Of a DNA stretch of 64,000 nucleotides, positions 44,090 through 52,931 are shown piece after piece. A program made the translations under genes and the position numbers. The stretch is from Gammaproteobacteria bacterium (GTDB lineage: Bacteria; Pseudomonadota; Gammaproteobacteria; Steroidobacterales; JACDCP01), in contig JBOIDB010000072.1 in the NCBI GenBank assembly GCA_050740235.1, positions 972-64,971 on the forward strand, read 5' to 3'. Every line of letters starts with the position of its first letter. Within the stretch, counting starts at the first letter, position 1. The notes under the pieces were generated by a model. That model was not told where the DNA came from and did no database searches. It saw only the letters and a program-made list of their open reading frames with translations.

Positions 44090-46627
44090 ATGGCGGAGAG
44101 TCTTTTCTGGCTGGCGCTTTTCCTCGGCGGCATCATCGCGCTCGCGTACCATCGCGTCGACTACAAGACCTCCACCATCGCCATCGGCATCGCGCTCGTC
44201 GCCTACACGATCTTCGGCGACGGCAACTTCTTCTGGCTGCTCCTGCTCTGGCTCGTCTTCGCCGGGCTGGCCGCGCTCAATTTCGAGGACCTGCGCCGCG
44301 ACCGTATCTCGCGCCCGCTGTTGCGCATGGCGCGCGAGCTGTTGCCGCCGATGTCACGCACCGAGCGCGAAGCGCTCGAAGCCGGCAGCGTCTGGTGGGA
44401 AGGCGAGCTGTTCGGGGGCCTGCCCGACTGGGACAAGCTCGTGTCGATGCCCGCGCCGAAGCTCAGCGAGGAGGAGCACGCCTTCCTCGACGGGCCTTGC
44501 GAGGAGCTGTGCCGCATGCTCGACGACTGGAAGATCACGCACGAGCAGGGCGACATGAGCCCGGAGGTCTGGCGGTTCATCAAGGACCGCGGATTCTTCG
44601 CGATGATCATCCCGAAACGCTACGGCGGACTCGAGTTTTCCGCGCTCGCGCATTCGGCCGTCCTCGCCAAGGTGGCCAGCCGCAGCGCGACCGCCGCCTC
44701 GACCATCGCCGTGCCGAACTCGCTGGGGCCGGCAGAGCTGCTGCTCCATTACGGCACGGAGGCGCAGAAAGAGCGGTATCTGCCGGGGCTCGCCAATGGC
44801 ACGGAAGTGCCCTGCTTCGCGCTGACCGGCCCTCGCGCGGGCTCGGATGCCGCATCCATTCCCGATACCGGCATCGTGTGCAAGGGCGAGCTCGACGGCG
44901 AGGAGATCGTCGGCATACGGCTGAACTGGGACAAGCGCTACATCACGCTCGCGCCGATCGCCACCGTACTCGGCCTCGCGTTCAAGCTGTACGACCCCGA
45001 ACACCTGATCGGCGATCAGGACGACCTCGGCATCACCGCGGCGCTGATTCCGACCGACACGCCCGGCGTCACGATCGGCCGGCGGCACTATCCGATCAAC
45101 ATCCCGTTCCAGAACGGGCCGACGCAGGGCAAGGACGTCTTCATGCCGCTCGACTGCATCATCGGCGGTGTCGAGATGGCCGGCGAGGGCTGGCGCATGC
45201 TGATGGAGCAGCTCGCGGTCGGCCGCTGCATCTCCCTGCCGTCGAACGCGACGGGCGGCGCGAAGGCCGCCACCCGGGCGAGCGGCGCCTATGCACGCAT
45301 CCGCCGCCAGTTCGACCTGCCGATCGCCGAGTTCGAAGGTGTCGGCGAAGCGCTCGCGCGCATGGCCGGCCGCACCTACACCATGAATGCCGGGCGCACG
45401 GTGACAGCCGGCGCCGTGGATCAGGGCGAAAAGCCGGCCGTGCCCTCTGCGATCCTCAAGTATCACACGACGGAAATGGGCCGCCTGGTCGCCAACGACG
45501 CCATGGATGTGCACGGCGGCAAGGGCATCTGTCTCGGGCCGAACAACTATCTCGCGCGCAGCTACGAATCCGTGCCGATCGCCATCACCGTCGAGGGCGC
45601 CAACATTCTGTCGCGCAGCCTCATCATCTTCGGCCAGGGGGCCATCCGCTGTCATCCGTACGTGCTGCGCGAAATGCATGCGGCGCAGGACGAGGACCAC
45701 GAGCGCGGGCTCGACGAGTTCGATCGCGTGGTGTTCGACCACGTCGGCAATGCGATCGGCAACGCGGCACGCTCGCTCGTGCTCGCCCTGACGAATGCCA
45801 GGTTCACCGGCGTGCCCGTGCACGGCGCGGTGCGGCGTTACTACCAGCACATCAACCGCTTCAGCGCGTCCTTCGCCCTGGCCGCCGACGTGGCCATGCT
45901 GACCCTCGGCGGCAGCCTCAAGAAGCGCGAGCTGCTGTCCGCCCGGCTTGGCGACGTGCTGAGCGCCATGTATCTCGCCTCGATGGTCCTCAAGCATTAC
46001 GAAAACGAAGGCCGGCCCGCGGAGGATCTGCCGCTGGTGGAATGGGCCTGCCGCGATCTGCTCTACGACGCGCAGGAAAAGCTGCACAGCTTTCTGCGCA
46101 ATTTCCCGAACGGACTCGTCGCGACGGTGCTGCGCCTGCTCGTGTTCCCCCGCGGCCTGACGTATTCCGCGCCGGGTGATGCCCTGGGCCGCGCGGTCGT
46201 CGAGCTGGTCACGCATCCGACCACGGCGCGCGAACGGCTCTGCGCCGGTACGTACAACGCCCGTGCGCATGACAACCCGCTCGGCCTGCTCGATGAGGCG
46301 CTCGAGCTGGCCCTCGAGGCCGAGCCGCTCCTGAAGCGCCTGCACGCAGCCGTTCGCGCGGGCAAGCTCAGCGCGCCGGACCTGCCCCGCGAAATCGACG
46401 CTGCCGAAAAGCAGTCGATTCTGAGTCCGGAGGAAGCCAACAAGCTGCGCGAGCTCGACCGCAAAGTCATGCGCATCATCGCCGTCGACGACTTCCCGCC
46501 GGGCGCATTCGGCGTGAAAGCCGCCCAGGCCACAAAAGCGCGCAAGGAAAGCCGGCCGCCGAAGGCGGAGCGGCAAACGGCGACTGCGGAACAGACCGAA
46601 CAGCCGGCCCGCGAAGAACGAATCTAG
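44090..46627 (+). CDS. fadE: Large (FadE-type) acyl-CoA dehydrogenase
   Basis: 845 aa. N-terminal membrane-anchor-like helices, then ACAD domains (...FFAMIIPKRYGGLEFS..., ...GEGWRMLMEQLAVGR..., ...VHGGKG...). Size and layout match E. coli-type FadE. Confidence 0.9.
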   Translation: MAESLFWLALFLGGIIALAYHRVDYKTSTIAIGIALVAYTIFGDGNFFWLLLLWLVFAGLAALNFEDLRRDRISRPLLRMARELLPPMSRTEREALEAGSVWWEGELFGGLPDWDKLVSMPAPKLSEEEHAFLDGPCEELCRMLDDWKITHEQGDMSPEVWRFIKDRGFFAMIIPKRYGGLEFSALAHSAVLAKVASRSATAASTIAVPNSLGPAELLLHYGTEAQKERYLPGLANGTEVPCFALTGPRAGSDAASIPDTGIVCKGELDGEEIVGIRLNWDKRYITLAPIATVLGLAFKLYDPEHLIGDQDDLGITAALIPTDTPGVTIGRRHYPINIPFQNGPTQGKDVFMPLDCIIGGVEMAGEGWRMLMEQLAVGRCISLPSNATGGAKAATRASGAYARIRRQFDLPIAEFEGVGEALARMAGRTYTMNAGRTVTAGAVDQGEKPAVPSAILKYHTTEMGRLVANDAMDVHGGKGICLGPNNYLARSYESVPIAITVEGANILSRSLIIFGQGAIRCHPYVLREMHAAQDEDHERGLDEFDRVVFDHVGNAIGNAARSLVLALTNARFTGVPVHGAVRRYYQHINRFSASFALAADVAMLTLGGSLKKRELLSARLGDVLSAMYLASMVLKHYENEGRPAEDLPLVEWACRDLLYDAQEKLHSFLRNFPNGLVATVLRLLVFPRGLTYSAPGDALGRAVVELVTHPTTARERLCAGTYNARAHDNPLGLLDEALELALEAEPLLKRLHAAVRAGKLSAPDLPREIDAAEKQSILSPEEANKLRELDRKVMRIIAVDDFPPGAFGVKAAQATKARKESRPPKAERQTATAEQTEQPAREERI

Positions 46628-46635
46628 CCCGGTGC

Positions 46636-47943
46636 ATGCCGCCGACCGAGCTCATCTATGAAGTGACGCTCGACATCGAGCCGGCCATCGAGGCCGAGTT
46701 CGATGAATGGCTCGAGCGCCACGTCGCGGAAATGCTCGAGCTGCCCGGCTTCGAGCGCGCCGAGCTCGAGACGGAAGCCGCGTCCGACAATGCATCCGGG
46801 TTGCGCCGCACGGTGCGCTATGCGATGCGGGACCGCGACGCGCTCGACGACTATCTCAAACAGCATGCCGATCGCATGCGTCAGGCGGGCACAGACCGCT
46901 TCGGCGGGCGCTTCAAGGCCACCCGCCGCATTCTGGAGCTGACGCCGCTCGGCGATCACGAGCATCCCGTGCTGCCGCATTGCGCGAATTGCGGCAATCG
47001 ACTGAGGGGACAGTATTGCGCGCGATGCGGCCAGCGCGCGCGGCGGCGAATGATCACGCTCTGGGAGCTGTTCCGCGACGTCGCGGAAGAGCTCTTCCAG
47101 CACGACTCTCGCGTCTGGCGCAGCTTCTTCCCGCTGCTGTTCCGGCCGGGATTCCTCACCAGCGAGTATCTGGCCGGTCGTCAGATGCGCTACGTGCCGC
47201 CTGTGCGCATGTACCTGTTCCTGAGCATCGTGTTTTTCCTGCTCGCGTTCGTCGCCGGGCCCGAAGGAGAGTTGTCCCTGTCGCCAGATGGCGTGCGGTT
47301 CGAAAAGTCTCCCGACGCCACCGGCGAGACGTCCGCAGAAGCGCCCGATGCAGGGCAGGAACAACCCGGGAACCCGGAGGAAGCATTGGAGCAAGCCTTC
47401 GAGACAGGCGAGGGCTTCGAGGAATTCGATTGCGCAGAGATAGATGGTGGGGTCAGGACCGGCTGGCCGATGCTCGATAGCCGTCTCTCGCGCGAGAGGA
47501 TCATCAGCAGCTGTGAGCGACTCGCCGCGGACCCGCGCGCGTTCGGTCGGGCGGTGCTCTCCAACCTGCCGAAGATGATGTTCCTCTTCCTGCCGCTGCT
47601 CGCCCTGGTGCTCAAGTTCCTCTACATCGGCTCGCGGCGGTACTACAGCGAGCACCTGCTGTTCGCCGTGCATTTCCATGCGTTCTTCTTCCTGATAGTG
47701 ATCCTCGACATCCTCCTCGGCATGGTCGTGCAGGGCATAGGCGCCGGCAATCGCCTGGCGTCGATCACGACGACAGTGATCGTCTTCTATATCCCGTGGT
47801 ACCTGTACCGTGCCATCCGCAATGTCTACGATCAGCATCTGCTGATACGGATGGTCAAGTATTTCTTCCTGGTGATCGCCTACTTCGTGAGCCTGGTGAT
47901 CATGCTCCTGATCACGTTGGCGTTCACCGCGCTGACGCTATAG
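46636..47943 (+). CDS. DUF3667-like zinc-ribbon membrane protein with N-terminal DUF4286-like domain
   Basis: N-terminal ~100 aa (LIYEVTLDIEPAIEAEFDEWLERHVAEML..). Zinc ribbon CANCGNRLRGQYCARCGQ, then FRPGFLTSEYLAGRQMRYVPPVRMYLF and several TM helices. Confidence 0.7.
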   Translation: MPPTELIYEVTLDIEPAIEAEFDEWLERHVAEMLELPGFERAELETEAASDNASGLRRTVRYAMRDRDALDDYLKQHADRMRQAGTDRFGGRFKATRRILELTPLGDHEHPVLPHCANCGNRLRGQYCARCGQRARRRMITLWELFRDVAEELFQHDSRVWRSFFPLLFRPGFLTSEYLAGRQMRYVPPVRMYLFLSIVFFLLAFVAGPEGELSLSPDGVRFEKSPDATGETSAEAPDAGQEQPGNPEEALEQAFETGEGFEEFDCAEIDGGVRTGWPMLDSRLSRERIISSCERLAADPRAFGRAVLSNLPKMMFLFLPLLALVLKFLYIGSRRYYSEHLLFAVHFHAFFFLIVILDILLGMVVQGIGAGNRLASITTTVIVFYIPWYLYRAIRNVYDQHLLIRMVKYFFLVIAYFVSLVIMLLITLAFTALTL

Positions 47944-48005
47944 AGGCTCGAGCGCGGCGCCGGGCTGCTAAAATGAAGACAACCGAAGTCCATCGGAGGA
48001 CTCCC

Positions 48006-48551
48006 ATGCCCACCAGACTCACCCTCGGGATCCTCGGCGCGGCGCTCATGCTGTGCGCCTGCGGCGGCCCGAATATTCAGGTCGAAAGGGATCCGGACGC
48101 GAACCTCGTGGAGTACGAGAGCTATTCCTGGGTTGCGCCGGAGCAGCAGGACGTCGAGGACCCCATCCTGGACAGCGCGCTGCTGTCGAAGAAGGTCGAA
48201 CGCGCCATTCGCGCGACGCTCGACGAGCGCGGATTCGAGGCGACCGAGACCAATCCCGACTTCTACGTCACGTATCACACCGCGAGCAAGGAGAAACTCC
48301 GCACGACCGGCTTCAACGTCGGCATCGGCTACAGCCGCTTCGATCCGCGTTGGGGTTATGCGGCCGTGTTCGGTCCACCCGAAGTCCGGTCTTACGAGGA
48401 GGCCGTTCTGATCATCGACGTCGTGGACGCCGAGACCGACACGCTCGTCTGGCGCGGCTGGGAGACGGGGCGTCTGAGCCGCGAGCGGTTCTCTGCGGAG
48501 GCGGTCGACGTGGCGGTAGAGCAGATCCTGTCGCGCTTCCCGATCGGGTGA
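48006..48551 (+). CDS. DUF4136-like lipoprotein
   Basis: ATG 48006 with GGAGGA 5 nt upstream. Lipobox AALMLCACGG. A paralog-like relative of 36649-37242. The track ORF from 47796 is an over-extension. Confidence 0.7.
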   Translation: MPTRLTLGILGAALMLCACGGPNIQVERDPDANLVEYESYSWVAPEQQDVEDPILDSALLSKKVERAIRATLDERGFEATETNPDFYVTYHTASKEKLRTTGFNVGIGYSRFDPRWGYAAVFGPPEVRSYEEAVLIIDVVDAETDTLVWRGWETGRLSRERFSAEAVDVAVEQILSRFPIG

Positions 48552-48670
48552 GGGGAACGGGGACATTCCTGATTCTCCGGGGGAAATGGGGACATCCCTG
48601 ATTTCCTTGGAAAGGTTCCGGAAATCAGAAAACACTGCATTCTTCGGAAATCAGGAATGTCCCCATTTCC
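48552..48670. repeat. Family-B repeat cluster B1 (two forward units, one partial unit, one reverse unit)
   Basis: Forward units are 48552-48578 (GGGGAACGGGGACATTCCTGATTCTCC) and 48579-48606 (GGGGGAAATGGGGACATCCCTGATTTCC). A partial unit, CCGGAAATCAG, lies at 48618-48628. The reverse unit CGGAAATCAGGAATGTCCCCATTTCC lies at 48645-48670. Consensus GGAAATGGGGACATTCCTGATTTYC. Confidence 0.9.
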
Positions 48671-49826
48671 TCCACGCGCGATCCTGCATGTCGACATGGA
48701 CGCGTTCTACGCGTCCGTCGAGCAGCGCGATGAGCCGTCGCTGCGCGGCAAGCCGGTGCTGGTCGGGGGCGCCGGGCCGCGAGGCGTCGTCGCCGCGGCG
48801 AGCTACGAGTCGCGCGTCTACGGCATCCGATCGGCGATGCCCATGCGCGAAGCGCTGACACGCTGCCCGCACGCGGTCTGCGTGCCGCCACGCTTCGATA
48901 GCTACCGGCGGGAATCGGCGTGCATCTTCGCGATCTTTCACGGCTTCTCGCCCCTGGTAGAGTCGCTCTCGCTCGACGAGGCGTTCATCGACGTCACGGC
49001 GAGTCGCTCGTTGTTCGGAGATGCGGCGGCGATCGGCCGGGCGATCAAGGACAGAATTCGCGATGCGACCCGTCTGAGCGCCTCCGTCGGAATCGGTCCC
49101 AACAAGCTCGTTGCCAAAATTGCGTCGGATCTCGACAAGCCGGACGGCCTGCGCCTCGTCGATGACGACAGCTTGCAGTCGACGCTGGATCCGTTGCCGG
49201 CGCGCGTCCTGCCCGGGGTCGGCCCGCGAGCCGCCGGGCATCTCCGCCGCATCGGGCTGACGACCCTCGGCGAGCTGCGCCGCGCTCCGGCCTCGCGCCT
49301 GCAGCCGATCTTCGGCCGTTACAGCGAGCAGATACGCCAGCGCGCTGCGGGGGTCGACGACCGGCCGGTAGTTCCGGACGCCGCGCGCAAGTCGATCAGC
49401 GCCGAGGAAACCTTCGATGCCGACCTGCCGCAGGGTCCCGAGCTGTCGCGCGAGCTGGCGCGGCTCGCCGATCGCACCGCTGCACGTTTGCGCGCGAGCG
49501 GCCTCGTCGCGGGCTGCGTCTGCGTCAAGATCCGCCGCCCGGATTTCGCCACGTTCACGCGGCGGCGGAGCCTCCATCCTCCGGCCAGCGGATCGCGCCT
49601 CATTCACGGCGCGGCCCGCGAGTTGCTCGGGCAATGGTTCGCTGCCGCGCCAGACGCGAAGCTGAGGCTGCTCGGAGTCGGGGTCGAGGATCTCGAGCCT
49701 GCCGGCCAGGCCGATCTGCTGGCCGCTCTCGGCACGGCCGGGAATGACGCGATAGACGATGCCGTCGACCGGATCCGCGCCCGTTTCGGCGAGGCCGCCC
49801 TCGGCAGCGCCCGCACGCTGCGGTGA
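48657..49826 (+). CDS. dinB: DNA polymerase IV (Y-family)
   Basis: ILHVDMDAFYASVEQRDEPSLRGKPVLVGG...GVVAAASYESRVYGIRSAMP. The only canonical in-frame start upstream of the catalytic HVDMD motif is ATG 48657, which lies inside repeat unit B1c. Confidence 0.9.
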   Translation: MSPFPPRAILHVDMDAFYASVEQRDEPSLRGKPVLVGGAGPRGVVAAASYESRVYGIRSAMPMREALTRCPHAVCVPPRFDSYRRESACIFAIFHGFSPLVESLSLDEAFIDVTASRSLFGDAAAIGRAIKDRIRDATRLSASVGIGPNKLVAKIASDLDKPDGLRLVDDDSLQSTLDPLPARVLPGVGPRAAGHLRRIGLTTLGELRRAPASRLQPIFGRYSEQIRQRAAGVDDRPVVPDAARKSISAEETFDADLPQGPELSRELARLADRTAARLRASGLVAGCVCVKIRRPDFATFTRRRSLHPPASGSRLIHGAARELLGQWFAAAPDAKLRLLGVGVEDLEPAGQADLLAALGTAGNDAIDDAVDRIRARFGEAALGSARTLR

Positions 49827-49864
49827 GCGGTCCGGACCCCTTTTGAGGTCCCCGCGCGTTAAGT

Positions 49865-49952
49865 GAGAATCGGGGTCAGACCGGATTTTTCCGAACGGCA
49901 TTCTACGGAGACCAGACGCAGATGGAGAAAATCCGGTCTGACCGCGGTTCTT
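49865..49952. repeat. Family-A inverted-repeat element (copy A2)
   Basis: GAGAATCGGGGTCAGACCGGATTTTTCC (49865-49892) faces GGAGAAAATCCGGTCTGACCGCGGTTCTT (49924-49952). It shares the core AATCGGGGTCAGACCGRGATTT with copy A1 and lies between dinB and exeA. Confidence 0.85.
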
Positions 49953-49989
49953 CGGCGGTAGAATACGCTGACCTGTTAGCCGGCTGACG

Positions 49990-51636
49990 ATGTACACGAG
50001 TTTTTTCGGCCTGAAAGAACGGCCGTTCGCCATCACGCCGAATCCGCGATACCTGTTCATGAGCGAGCGGCATGCGGACGCGCTCGCGCACCTGCTCTAT
50101 GGCGTAACCGAGAGCGACGGCTTCATTCAGCTCACCGGCGAGGTCGGCACCGGCAAGACGACGCTGATCCGCAGCCTGCTGGAGCAGCTGCCCGAGCACG
50201 TCGAGGCCGCGCTGATCCTCAACTCGCGGCTCTCGCCGAACGAGTTCCTGGTGGCGATCTGCGAAGAGTTGCGCATCCCCGTGCCCGCCGACCCGAACAG
50301 CGTCAAGGCGCTGGTCGACGCGCTCAACGCGCACCTTCTGGAAGCGCACGCGCAGGGACGGCGAGTCGTGCTCATCGTCGACGAGGCGCAGAACCTCGGC
50401 GCCGACGTCCTCGAGCAGGTCCGTCTGCTCACGAATCTCGAAACCGACCGGCAGAAGCTCCTGCAGATCATCCTCATCGGCCAGCCCGAGCTCAGGCAGG
50501 TGCTGGACCGCACCGATCTCCGGCAGCTCGCGCAGCGGATCACCGGCCGCTTTCATCTCGAGCCGCTGACGCGCGAGGAAAGCCGCGGCTACGTGGCGCA
50601 TCGTCTGCGAGTCGCCGGAGCGACCTCGGATATCTTCACGCCGCAGGCCCTCAACGAAGTGCACAGGCTGTCCGGCGGCGTGCCCCGGATCGTCAACGTC
50701 ATCTGCGACCGCGCGCTGCTCGGCGCGTATTCCCGCGAACAGCGTACGGTATCGCCGAAGCTCGCCCGCATTGCCGCGGCGGAGGTCTACGGCCGCGACA
50801 TGAGTCCCGTGTGGCACCGCTGGCTGACCAGCGGCGGCATCGTGGCGGCGGTCGGACTCGTCGCCCTCGGCCTGTGGCGCATCGGCGAGAGCGTCGGCAG
50901 CCGACAGGCCGGAGCGCGCGCCGACACTGAAACCATGGCGGAGGCGCCCGCCGCCGAAGCCAGGCCCGGGGCCGGCCAGCCTGCCGCGAGCACTTCAGAG
51001 CCGGCCGGCGAGCAGTCGTTTCAGACGCTCCTCGAAGATCACATCGCCACGACCGGCAACGATGCCGCCTTCACGACGCTGTTCGGCCTCTGGAGCGCCG
51101 AGTACCGGCCGGACGGGGGTCGGGCTTGTGCCCAGGCGGCCGATTTCGGGCTGCGTTGCGTCGTATCGCGCGGCTCGTGGGCCGATCTGTATCGCCTGCG
51201 CCGCCCGGCGATTCTCACCCTGACGGACGATGCGGGTGTTCAATACCAGGTCGTGCTGACCGGCCTCGGCGATGAGTCGGCGCGGCTGGATTTCGGCGGC
51301 GCCTCGCACGAGGTGCGCATCGGCACGCTGTCGCGTTACTGGTTCGGCGACTATCTGCTGGTCTGGCAGCCGCAGACCGGACAGGTGCGGCCGCTGACGG
51401 TCGGCATGCGCGGCGAGGACGTGCTCTGGCTGCGCGACAGCCTCGCCGCGCTGCAGGGGGAACCGGCAGACTCCGCGCGCCCGGAGGTCTTCGACGAGGC
51501 GCTCGCGGCACGCGTGCGCGAATTTCAGCGCAGCCGCCGGATCAGGGTCGACGGGATCGCCGGCGAGCGCACCTTGATCCTGGTCAATGCCGAGCTCTAT
51601 CCCGAGGGCACGCCATTGCTGGCGGAAACGGGTTAG
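49990..51636 (+). CDS. exeA: ExeA/GspA-family AAA ATPase with C-terminal peptidoglycan-binding domain
   Basis: MYTSFFGLKERPFAITPNPRYLFMSERHADALAHLLYG...LTGEVGTGKTTL. A TM helix, then a C-terminal PG-binding-like region (RVREFQRSRRIRVDGIAGERTL). Confidence 0.9.
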   Translation: MYTSFFGLKERPFAITPNPRYLFMSERHADALAHLLYGVTESDGFIQLTGEVGTGKTTLIRSLLEQLPEHVEAALILNSRLSPNEFLVAICEELRIPVPADPNSVKALVDALNAHLLEAHAQGRRVVLIVDEAQNLGADVLEQVRLLTNLETDRQKLLQIILIGQPELRQVLDRTDLRQLAQRITGRFHLEPLTREESRGYVAHRLRVAGATSDIFTPQALNEVHRLSGGVPRIVNVICDRALLGAYSREQRTVSPKLARIAAAEVYGRDMSPVWHRWLTSGGIVAAVGLVALGLWRIGESVGSRQAGARADTETMAEAPAAEARPGAGQPAASTSEPAGEQSFQTLLEDHIATTGNDAAFTTLFGLWSAEYRPDGGRACAQAADFGLRCVVSRGSWADLYRLRRPAILTLTDDAGVQYQVVLTGLGDESARLDFGGASHEVRIGTLSRYWFGDYLLVWQPQTGQVRPLTVGMRGEDVLWLRDSLAALQGEPADSARPEVFDEALAARVREFQRSRRIRVDGIAGERTLILVNAELYPEGTPLLAETG

Positions 51637-51641
51637 CCTGC

Positions 51642-52322
51642 ATGTCGTTCATTCTCGACGCCCTGAAGAAGTCCGAGATCGAGCGCCAGGAGCAGGCCGG
51701 CCCGAGCGTCGCGCACGTGCGCGAAGGTCAGCCGGACTCCCGCCGGCCGCTGTGGATCGCCGGCATCGCGGGCCTGCTGGCCGTCAATCTCATCGTCCTG
51801 CTGTTCTTCGCGTTCCGTTCGCCGGCCGCTCCCGAGCCGGCAGCACCGGAGACCGAGGCGCCTGCGTCGGCCTCCGGAAATGCTCCGACTGTCTCCAAGC
51901 AGCCGGCTCGCAGGTCCGTCGCGCGCCCGGCCGCGTCGCCGGATCGTGAGGTGCGACCGCTCGTGGCGGAGGCCGAGCCGCAGCCGGCGCCGCGTGTTGC
52001 CGCCTCCTCCCCTGCTCCCGCCGAGCCGTCTCGCCAGGCGCCGTCACGCGCAGCGTCGTCGATCGGACCCGCCGTCCCGGACGAAACCGCAACTTTGCCG
52101 ACCTTCAACGATCTCGTGGTCGACGGTCGCCTGTCCCTGCCGCCGCTGCATCTCGACATCCATGTCTACAGCGATGTCCCCGCATCCCGTTTCGTGTTCA
52201 TCGACGGGCGCAAGTACCACGAGGGCGAACGCCTTACTGCCGGCCCGCAGGTCGAGCGCATCACCGAGACGGGTGTCGTGTTGAGCCACGAGGGCGAGCA
52301 ATTCCTGCTGCCGCGCATGTAG
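51642..52322 (+). CDS. gspB: General secretion pathway protein B (ExeB/GspB-like)
   Basis: MSFILDALKKSEIERQ N-terminus, a TM helix, a Pro/Ala-rich linker, and C-terminal LHLDIHVYSDVPASRFVFIDGRKYHEGERL. It follows exeA. Confidence 0.8.
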   Translation: MSFILDALKKSEIERQEQAGPSVAHVREGQPDSRRPLWIAGIAGLLAVNLIVLLFFAFRSPAAPEPAAPETEAPASASGNAPTVSKQPARRSVARPAASPDREVRPLVAEAEPQPAPRVAASSPAPAEPSRQAPSRAASSIGPAVPDETATLPTFNDLVVDGRLSLPPLHLDIHVYSDVPASRFVFIDGRKYHEGERLTAGPQVERITETGVVLSHEGEQFLLPRM

Positions 52323-52327
52323 GCGCG

Positions 52328-52849
52328 ATGAAACTGCAAGGCTCCTGCCACTGCGCGTCCGTGCGCTTCGAGCTCGAATCCGCGCATCCGTATCCGTTCA
52401 TGCGCTGCTACTGCTCGATCTGTCGGAAAACCGCCGGCGCCGGCGGTTACGCCATCAATCTGGCGGGCGACAACCGCACCCTGAAAGTCACCGGCAAAAA
52501 GCATGTCGGCGTCTACCGCGCGAGAATGGCCGAGGAGAAAAGTGGCAAAACCACGTACAGCTCGGCCCGCAGGCACTTCTGCAAGCAATGCGGCAGCCCG
52601 CTGTGGCTTTGGGATCCGAACTGGCCGGATCTCGTGCACCCGCACGCTTCCGCAATCGACACCGAGCTGCCGGTGCCGCCCGAGCACACACACATGATGC
52701 TGGGATCCAAAGCGATGTGGGTGGAGGTGGAGGTGGAGGCGAAGCCGCGTGACCGGAGGTTCGACGAGTATCCGGAGGAGTCGATCGCCGATTGGCATCA
52801 GCGGCTGGGCCTGGAGAGAAGGAATCAGGACGATAAAGCCGACAACTGA
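52328..52849 (+). CDS. GFA (glutathione-dependent formaldehyde-activating / CENP-V) family protein
   Basis: Cysteine pattern GSCHCASVRF ... CYCSICRK ... CKQCGSPLW. Confidence 0.8.
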   Translation: MKLQGSCHCASVRFELESAHPYPFMRCYCSICRKTAGAGGYAINLAGDNRTLKVTGKKHVGVYRARMAEEKSGKTTYSSARRHFCKQCGSPLWLWDPNWPDLVHPHASAIDTELPVPPEHTHMMLGSKAMWVEVEVEAKPRDRRFDEYPEESIADWHQRLGLERRNQDDKADN

Positions 52850-52931
52850 GGCCTCATCGCAAGACTGAATCCTTGCCGGCCGAATCGGTCGGAGTTCGTG
52901 ACCGGCCTGTAGTGACGCAAGGAAAGCCTTT

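Noticed and set aside
43429-44152. Small ORFs across the hairpins giving the recurring peptide VAPRY(E/L/S)LG(E/R)K, as a possible repeated micro-protein
   Set aside because: The ORFs run straight through palindromic arms and have no plausible RBS. Differences between core copies are not synonymous-biased (GAGCTT versus CTTGCC versus TCGCTT). One copy is only ~19/25 identical and translates differently. A structural (nucleic-acid) explanation fits better.
44354-46576. 740-aa minus-strand ORF, and a 594-aa alternative plus-frame ORF, inside fadE
   Set aside because: Both are low-complexity Arg/Ala/Gly/His-rich translations antisense or out of frame to a well-supported acyl-CoA dehydrogenase. 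This is a high-GC artefact.
49990-52322. ExeA-type AAA ATPase plus small partner as a candidate defence system
   Set aside because: The N-terminal ExeA signature, the C-terminal peptidoglycan-binding region and the GspB-like partner with its characteristic N- and C-termini fit the known secretin-assembly pair. No nuclease or other effector-type domain is present.
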